DNA of 56,858 nt, counting the filler, from Streblomastix strix (taxonomy: Eukaryota), in NCBI GenBank assembly GCA_008636045.1. It is 3 parts of 3 records of this genome, joined end to end, with 100 filler letters (N's around TTAATTAATTAA, not from the genome) between each part and the next. Parts side by side here need not be neighbours in the genome. Positions count along the whole stretch, not along the records: positions 37,978 to 56,858 come from SNRW01000564.1; 2 more parts are not named here. One strand, given 5' to 3'. Numbering within the stretch: the first letter of the stretch is position 1; each line of letters opens with the position of its first letter. This document shows, piece by piece, positions 49,444-56,858 of the stretch. The notes under the pieces are model-generated. The model was not told the origin of the DNA, did not search any database, and worked only from the letters and a program-made list of their open reading frames with translations. Made by a program: the position numbers and the translations under genes.

Positions 49444-50531
49444 ATGCCTCTTATAGTTATTCCACACGAATTTAATGTTATCGGAGGACTACTCGGACTT
49501 GGACCTGATATCTTATTAGATCTTCTTTCAGAGATGATAGAAATTCAAGATGCTTTTCAATTAATCAGTGTTTGCAAGAAATTGTTGAAATTAAAGAATC
49601 ACGATCGATATATTAAGATAATTGAAACTTTTAGTATGGTTAAATATTTTATTTGTTATTTTAATATAATATTTTTATTAATTAAAACTCTTTTTTTATT
49701 TTTAATGATATATTTATTTAATATCTAATTCAGATTATCCAATAGCTATCCATAATCCAGATCCATATGATTTTTATTTCTCTGATTATGATAGAAAGAT
49801 GAAGATGATAACAAAGAACCAAACTTAAAATAACTCATTTTCACTGACCCAAGTTATAGAAGATGGAGTTTGGTCTTTTGAAACTATATTTGACGCTTTT
49901 GCAAATGATGGTTGTGGTGGTTTGAAAATTTTTTTTAAATTATTTTATATTTGAAATTTTAAAGGTGTTGGCATTGTTCGTGATTCATATATTATACCCA
50001 CTGGTACTAATCCTTATTCAAGCCCTCGTTTGATAATTCTTTGTTATTATAAATATTTTTTATTTAAATTTTATTTATTCAGATAATTAACACATGGTTG
50101 TGTACTTTGGAAAGTGTTATATTTTTGTTATTTTCATTTTAATAAGTCTTTTTTATTTTCCTTGGTTCGAAAATTATTTAATGTAGAACTGCTGGAAAGG
50201 GAACTGTTTGTTATAAAGGAATATAAACATCTGGAAACATTGAATTCACAAATAATCAAATCGTGAAACTTGAATTTGATTCAGAGAAAGGAACTTTGAT
50301 ATTCTTTGTGGATGGAGTCCGATAACCGATCTATATTTAAGGAATTAAGGAGAAAGTTCGTTTCTTTGTATGATTCTTATTAATTTGAGTATTTATTACT
50401 TATATTATTAATTACTTAAAATAAAGATCTTCATGTACTTTTCTGGTTCAACTTGCACAATTGGATCATTAAAGAGACTTGTAACTCCAACATCAGGACA
50501 TATTGGGAATGAAGAATCAATAGAATGGTGA
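49444..50531 (+). CDS. F-box-like plus B30.2/SPRY-like domain protein (multi-exon)
   Basis: LLGLGPDILLDLLSEM..DAFQLISVCKKL (F-box-like), intron 49634-49733, then YPIAIHNPDP..GVWSFET..GVGIVRDSY..QIVKLEFDSEKGTLIFFVDGVRQPIYIQGIKEKVRFF..SIEW* (TGA 50529-31). Confidence 0.78.
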
Positions 50532-50790
50532 AAGATTTGATGTCCTGAAATAATATTATTCTCATTCAAAATTTGTTCCAAACTTTTTTTTCAATTTATT
50601 GCAGTTGATATCACTACAAATTTCAATTTCGCATGTATAATAGTAATTAATTTATGCATAAAAACTCAAATAAATTTTTTTAACATTTTTCAGGGAAGAG
50701 AAAGAAAAACAACATGGAAAAAGTCATTCTATGTTTGATTAGATAAAAAAATAAATAAATAAAATATAGCAAATGTATATTGAGACATAA

Positions 50791-51864
50791 ATGATTGATT
50801 CTGAAGAGGAGGAATTAGTACCATATAGAGGAATACTACCTGGTTAGTATCTCATTGTTATATATATAGCTTAATTGATATATTTTTTTAAATAGGATCA
50901 AAATGCAATGAATTCTATTCAATTTTCACACTTCAAGATTTTAATGAGAATTAATCGTGCATACAAAACAAAATATAGTTTATGATTTGTATGGAAATAA
51001 TATTTATCAATAATTGAATTAATTTTATTTAATGAACTATAGAATAGTAACTCGCAAAAGTAAAAGAATCAGGTATTGGATTTTCAGAAGAGTATATTCG
51101 AACTCTCTTCGATTTACCAGATCATGTATAAAAGAACAATTGGATTTATGAATGGTTAAGGTTTATCGTTTATTTAAATAAAAAAATTATAATTTTATAC
51201 TAAAAATACTTCATTTTTTTTATTAGAGTTTTCATTTAGGAAATTGCACAATTTTCTGGAGAATTAGAGTCTATTTGTAATTCTTAAACTTGCCCGAAGA
51301 TGAATGCTAATGGTTTTGAATATATGTGTGCATCACATCAAAAGCCTTAAGCTGTATGTGGGCATAATTACGCTTCTTAAAGTTTTGTTTTTTGAAATTT
51401 TTATTTTTTGTTTTTAACAAGTGCTGTGCTGTAGATTATATTTAGCACACGATTGAAACAGTATGGTCACTATTAACTAATAAAAAGCAGTTTGGAGATA
51501 GAAGAGCAATCACAGACAAGAATATTGAAACAATTCAATAAATAATAAGGTTTTATTTTATAGTTGAATTTATTAAATGAATTAATTATATTTTGTTTAA
51601 TTTATTATTTAAAGACGTTTATATAGAATATTTGCTCATATTTTCTACAACCATCAAAGTGAATTTGAAGCATTTGAAGTATGCTTTTTAAACTGTTAAT
51701 TTAAAAATTCAAATATTTTTTTTCATTTTCTTATTTTCCATCCAAATCTTGAATTATTTGAATAGGAAGAGACCTTACTACATTTAAGATTCCGATTGTA
51801 TATTGAAAAGTTTCATTTGATCATAAATGATAATTCATTTCCAATAAGAATTGAAAACAAATGA
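50791..51864 (+). CDS. MOB4: MOB4/phocein (MOB kinase activator family)
   Basis: Spliced product LPDHVQKNNWIYEWLRVF..ICNSQTCPKMNANGFEYMCASHQKPQACCAVDYIQHTI..RRLYRIFAHIFYNH..FEAFEEETLLHLRF contains the phocein-type CAxH..P..C.A.DY motif. Stop at 51862-64. Confidence 0.9.
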
Positions 51865-52093
51865 TCGATGTTGTAAATATATCTTTAATCACATCAAATG
51901 TTTTATTTAATTAATTAACTATTTTAATGAAAGTGATGTTATATATTTAATATTGTATGTATTATATTAATAGCAAACTTTATATATGTAAAAAATAATA
52001 AAAATGTAACTATAGAAATAAATTATTTCAGAATTCTAGTTTATTAAAGTGAATGGATTAACTCATGTGATGAAAAATAAATTGATGTATGAT

Positions 52094-52392
52094 TCAAAAC
52101 TTATCAGGGAAACAGTCATGTGGTGTTTTAGCGGAATGCTTCGATTCTGCGTGTTGTTAGAGTTGGGGGTTGTTTGTTGTGCACATAAACGATTGCTACA
52201 ATAAGAATAATTAAAATAAATCATTATTCATTATCGATAAAATAAATTAGGCCACACCCCACACTCTTTGCAAATAATACTCATTGATGAAGCATTGGCC
52301 TTCAGCTAGCTCTGCGCCTTTCCTTGTCCGGCGGCCTTTGCTTGGTTACGCTCGCGTTTCATCTGTGCCTTATTGACGTTTCCTTTACCCAT
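52094..52392 (-). CDS. ZNF706/At2g23090-like small zinc-finger protein (78 aa, one intron 52196-52257)
   Basis: MGKGNVNKAQMKRERNQAKAAGQGKAQSQLKANASSMSIICKECG|QSFMCTTNNPQLQQHAESKHSAKTPHDCFPDKF*. Confidence 0.92.
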
Positions 52393-52896
52393 TGCTGATG
52401 AACCATTGAAACATAAAAATAAATGAAAGAATAAAGAATATATAATGTAATATTTAATTATAAAAATTAAGCAAAATTAATATTATGTCTTGATGTTGTG
52501 GATCAAAAAAAGTAAGATTAAGGTTAGGATAATATAATGAATTAATTATTTTTATTGAATGGACTTTATTAAATACCATTTAATAACAGTAGTTGTGTTT
52601 TAACGGGCTTTTAAAATTATTCAGTCCTGTTCTCCTTTATTACTTGGTTAAAAATATAATTTAAGAATTAATTTAATATATAAATTTGATTTGTTAAATA
52701 AAAATGTATAAGACTAACCTTATAAATCTATGCGTAGTGTAGCGTACTTATAATAATGTCAAATTATAGCTATTTCGTTCAATATTTTTAATATGAAATT
52801 TAATTAGGAATTTATACAAATTAATAGTGTTAATAATATTCTGTATTTTTAACGAGGACTTCGCGTGATTGAAATGCAAGGTTAAAAATTTTATTA

Positions 52897-53859
52897 TCAG
52901 CTTTTTTTCGTTGTTTGAAGCGCGCATAGTTCCGCTCTTCTGTTATACTCATTTCTATCACTGCGGAAGAGCTTCTAATAAAAATAAATTGAGGATTAAA
53001 AATAAATTTGCAGATAAAACACAAAATAAAAATCCTTCATACAGCAGCATCTACATTAGCAGGGCTTTCACAATTAGGTTCTATTAAAAGATAACAAAAT
53101 AAATAATAAACAATATAATAGAAGATGAACTAATTACAAACCAGCAATCATGCTGAGTACACTAAGAAGAATCTTTTCAATACTCTGAACTGGGGACCAT
53201 CTTTCATTGGCATTCTATTAACGAAATATCAGAAATATAAAAATATTGATGTAGTTATAGAAATTATTATAATCATGTAATGAATATATTATTATTATTA
53301 TTATTTAATAAGTTATATATGAATAAATTTAACCTCATATCCAGTAGGATCATCACCAGGAGGGTGGAGTATTGAAATACAAACGCGTCCATCAGGGAAA
53401 ACTGTATATTATTGCATTTATAATATATTAAAAATGATAATAAAATGGATATTTAATTGATAAAACAATTACTAAATATACCATTAGGGTGAAAGAGCGG
53501 TGTTGTGAATCGCATTTTCGGCGGACTCATTGGATATTCCTTTGGGAAGGAAAGCAGGGCTCGGAAGGTTCCTTTCTAATAAGGTGTTGCTTCGGGCCCA
53601 CTACACAAAAAAATGATAATTGATGAAGATTTAGATTTGTTGTAAGTATAGTAAAAGGGAGAAAAGCAAACCGGATAAAAGCTTCCCACTCGTAGATGTT
53701 CTTAGGATTTACAGGAGCAGCAGCAATACCTTTAACGGGATTTTTAGCCAGCTCTACATAATAAATAAATATAATAAATGAAAAACAGCTAAGAAAACAG
53801 AGGCAGCGGTAAAAACCTTTGTACTCAGTCATCAGTCGTTTTTGCGAGATTGTCGTCAT
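52897..53859 (-). CDS. UBC7: Ubiquitin-conjugating enzyme E2, Ubc7/UBE2G class
   Basis: [84 protein letters not shown]|..[46 protein letters not shown]. The acidic-loop insertion is typical of Ubc7. Confidence 0.93.
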
Positions 53860-54024
53860 CAATATATGATATCTTTCTGCTAAAAATAAAATTAATAATA
53901 ATACCGACAAAAATAAGTATAAAAAGAACTAAATTGAAATTGTTCAGATAGAGAATCGGAGAAATGAATATTTTAGTCGATTATTTTTCACAGCGGTTAA
54001 ATAATATTTAACTAACAACAAAAA

Positions 54025-54905
54025 AATGGAATATTCTTGTTCACGAGTGATCAAATACTTGAATTACTTGTTTAAAAAGTATGCAACCACGAAAATATTC
54101 AACAAGCCTTAAAAGCCAAAATAGTAAATTTGATTTTACTTCATAATTTTTTATTAATTATGCACTCATTAAATTGTATTTTTAATTAGAGTAAAAAAAA
54201 GTACAAGATTAATCTTAATTGGTGTCTATATTTTTTTTTGTATTTGAATCAGATATAATCACATTAAAATACATACGTGATTATTTACAATAGGCAAATA
54301 CAACAAAAACATAAAAGAGTAAAGGTCAAAAATCTAAATATGGGAAGATATACAAGTTTAATGGTAAAATTAACGAAATTATGAAAATTCAAAAAGAAAA
54401 TAAATGGAAAACTAATATAAAACATAAATAAACTAAGTAAAAGACACTCATTGATTAGTTCCAGGGGCAGATTTAAGTACTATATACGAAAATCGTGACA
54501 TGACTATTGCTTCATTTGAATCACTTGATAATAGAGAAAGAATGGTAATATATATAAATATTAATTAGTGAAGATTAAAGAATTGTGATTTAGTTAAGCA
54601 AGTTTATCAAATTCTTATTGAGTTTAAAGTTAATTAATGTATTGCATTGTATCATTATGAGAATGGAAAGTTAAATAATAATAGTAAATAAAAAAAAATT
54701 TAAAGATTTAAATAAAATTATTGTTATTGTTATTATTGTTAATTGATTAAATTCTTGATCTTAATCGCAAATTGTTTCAGTTAATTAGCATACGAGAGAT
54801 GGAATATGAATAATAAACAATTCTGAACAAATAAAAATATCCCAAAAAAGAGAAGTAAAGTTAAAGTAAAAAAAAAATTAGATTTTCTTTTGAGTATAAA
54901 TTGAA
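54025..54905 (+). CDS. Small multi-exon hypothetical protein (start unresolved)
   Basis: Five segments join in frame via GT..AG: NGIFLFTSDQILELLVQKVCNHENIQQALKAKI|SKKKYKINLNW|QIQQKHKRVKVKNLNMGRYT|IPGADLSTIYENRDMTIASFESLDNRERM|LISIREMEYEQ... Confidence 0.45.
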
Positions 54906-55084
54906 TGATTGTGATTATTATGTTAAATTCTTAATCAAATAAAATTTATTATTTCATTTTCATTGGACTTATATTTAAAATTAAATCAAAAAATAAAATT
55001 ATTATTATTGTTATATATATTTCACTATTTCATATTCATAATTACACTTATTCAAACCCCTTATTTATATTCATAATTAAATTT

Positions 55085-55138
55085 CTTATTTAAATTAATA
55101 CTATTATTATTCTTATTATTATTATTTAAATTAATACA

Positions 55139-55177
<39 letters not shown>

Positions 55178-55208
55178 TAAATTAATACAATTATTATTAT
55201 TATTATTA
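55085..55208. repeat. Compound (ATT)n microsatellite with a repeated TTTAAATTAATAC unit
   Basis: Three TTTAAATTAATAC units, each followed by ATT runs, just downstream of the ATPase stop. Confidence 0.8.
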
Positions 55209-55247
55209 CTCTCCTCCTTCTCATTATTTTTCAATATAATCATCACT

Positions 55248-56858
55248 TCATTACTTCAATTCTTTGCTTTCTGAGTCACTTCCACTTTATGAATCGGTTT
55301 CTTTTATATCACTCCTCTTACTGGGATTTTCTTCTTCATCATTTTCATTATCATTATTACTTTTGTTTTTAGAATCTTATTTAGATTTATCATCTTTATC
55401 TTTGTCTTTTTTGTCATCTTTATCTTTATCTTTGTCTTTATCCTTATCCTTTTTCTTATCTTTCTGTTTATCTTTATCTTTTTTATGTTCTTTGTCCTTA
55501 TCTTTATTTTTATCTTTCTTTTTGTATTTCTTTTTTTCCTTATCTTTGGATTTGATGGTGTCCTTCCCTTATTAATTCTTATTTATATCTAAACTATTGG
55601 CCAATTTGAGCTTGGATCCTTTAGGGACTTCGCCGTTGTAGAGGTAGACGCCTGAAAAGTTGGATATTTTTATATATGGATATATTGTTGTATGAAATTG
55701 GAGTATAATATAATAAAATAATAAACAAATGATATATATTTTATTTTTCTAAAAATTTTTAATTTTAATACTAAATATGTATAACAAATAATTACAATTC
55801 AAATATAAATAATATTAATACTATCACATTAATATATTATACACATATTTTACACACCAGGAGGTACAGGATCATCCTCTTCCATCTCAATGTCGTATTT
55901 CTTCCATTTTCCTTTCAATTTTGGTTTCTTGTCCGGCTCTTCCCAATCCTAAACTGCAGATTTCTCTTCGTCAACTTTATTCCAGGTGTCTGATAGAGCA
56001 AATAATTAATTAGAGTAAGTTAGAGTAATAGATATTTTTATGAGAATGAGGAATAAATATTGATAATTAATATATAAATTATTAATTAATTTTATATTTC
56101 ATACTTATTTCATCTTCCTTTGAAATTTTGCCACCTAAATAATTAATAAAATAAAAAAAAGTTATTAAGGATAAAATATAATAATTTATTTTAAAATTAA
56201 TATATAATAATATAAAATACCATCAATGTTTGTTGCTCCTTGATCTCCATGGAATGGATCTTCTTATGGAAATAGTAATGAGATTAGGAATCTATTATAT
56301 ATACGAATATGAATATAAGTGAATTAAGGATTAAATAAATATAATACTATGAATAAAATATTTAAAAAAAATTAAATATATTTAAATAACAATTATATTA
56401 ATAAATAAGCATATTTAAAAATATAAATATATAATTCCATACCTAAATGGTATTATCAATATAGAGAACAAGAAAGTGTATCCCCATAAAGCTCCTGTCA
56501 GGGGAATAACTGTGAATGCATCTCTTAATCCAGGAACGAGCATTATTACTATCTGTAAAATTAAATATTATATAATATAAAATAACAATAACTTTTGTAA
56601 TTTATATATAAAAATTAATAAATACATATATATTTTTTAATAAATTATTCTATTTTATATATAGATAATCTTCATCCACACACACACACACCTACAGCGC
56701 AGCAACAATGAACATTATCCCCAGAAACACGTAGTTCGCAAAAATCCTCGAGAAGAAGTTGAGTTCATTGTAACACTTGCGTGATGGAATCCAGTTGAAT
56801 ATCTGCATGAAGATGAATGTGTTGAAGATGAATGAGAAATGCTGCTCTGAGAAGACTG
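55248..56858 (-). CDS. P-type Ca2+-ATPase (PMCA/P2B-like), 3' portion (TM8-10 and KD-rich tail)
   Basis: QHFSFIFNTFIFMQIFNWIPSRKCYNELNFFSRIFANYVFLGIMFIVAALQ|IVIMLVPGLRDAFTVIPLTGALWGYTF matches PMCA [22 protein letters not shown]...F.N..F. Further exons end ..KELKQ* (TGA 55248-50). Confidence 0.87.

Overview
This window is very AT-rich, intron-containing eukaryotic DNA in which TAA/TAG encode Gln and only TGA is stop (translation table 6), so the supplied standard-code ORF track is largely uninformative. Code, intron style and gene families suggest an oxymonad such as Streblomastix (inference). The window is three unrelated contigs (1-18890, 18991-37877, 37978-56858) joined by artificial N44-TTAATTAATTAA-N44 linkers. 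Contig 1 holds a long hypothetical ORF, a truncated Sfp/AASDHPPT-type phosphopantetheinyl transferase, a catalytically dead papain-like surface protein, a hAT MITE, a 6.3-kb TIR-bounded Sola-like transposon with an apparently intact DDD transposase and a captured, decayed dynein heavy-chain fragment, a 31-bp minisatellite, an inositol 5-phosphatase pseudogene and a pogo-like transposon end beside an OTU domain. Contig 2 holds a low-complexity ORF head-to-head with a 3x CCHC zinc-knuckle gene, a 10.6-kb pseudokinase gene with three in-frame TGAs, a small 3-TM Cys-rich protein and a ZW10/Dsl1-like gene. Contig 3 holds a non-autonomous hAT element with a perfect 8-bp TSD, a C2-domain pseudogene, a decayed pogo element, ARM/coiled-coil and F-box-SPRY genes, MOB4, a ZNF706-like gene, UBC7 and the 3' end of a PMCA-type Ca2+-ATPase. 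All translations and family calls were made by eye; no database search was run.
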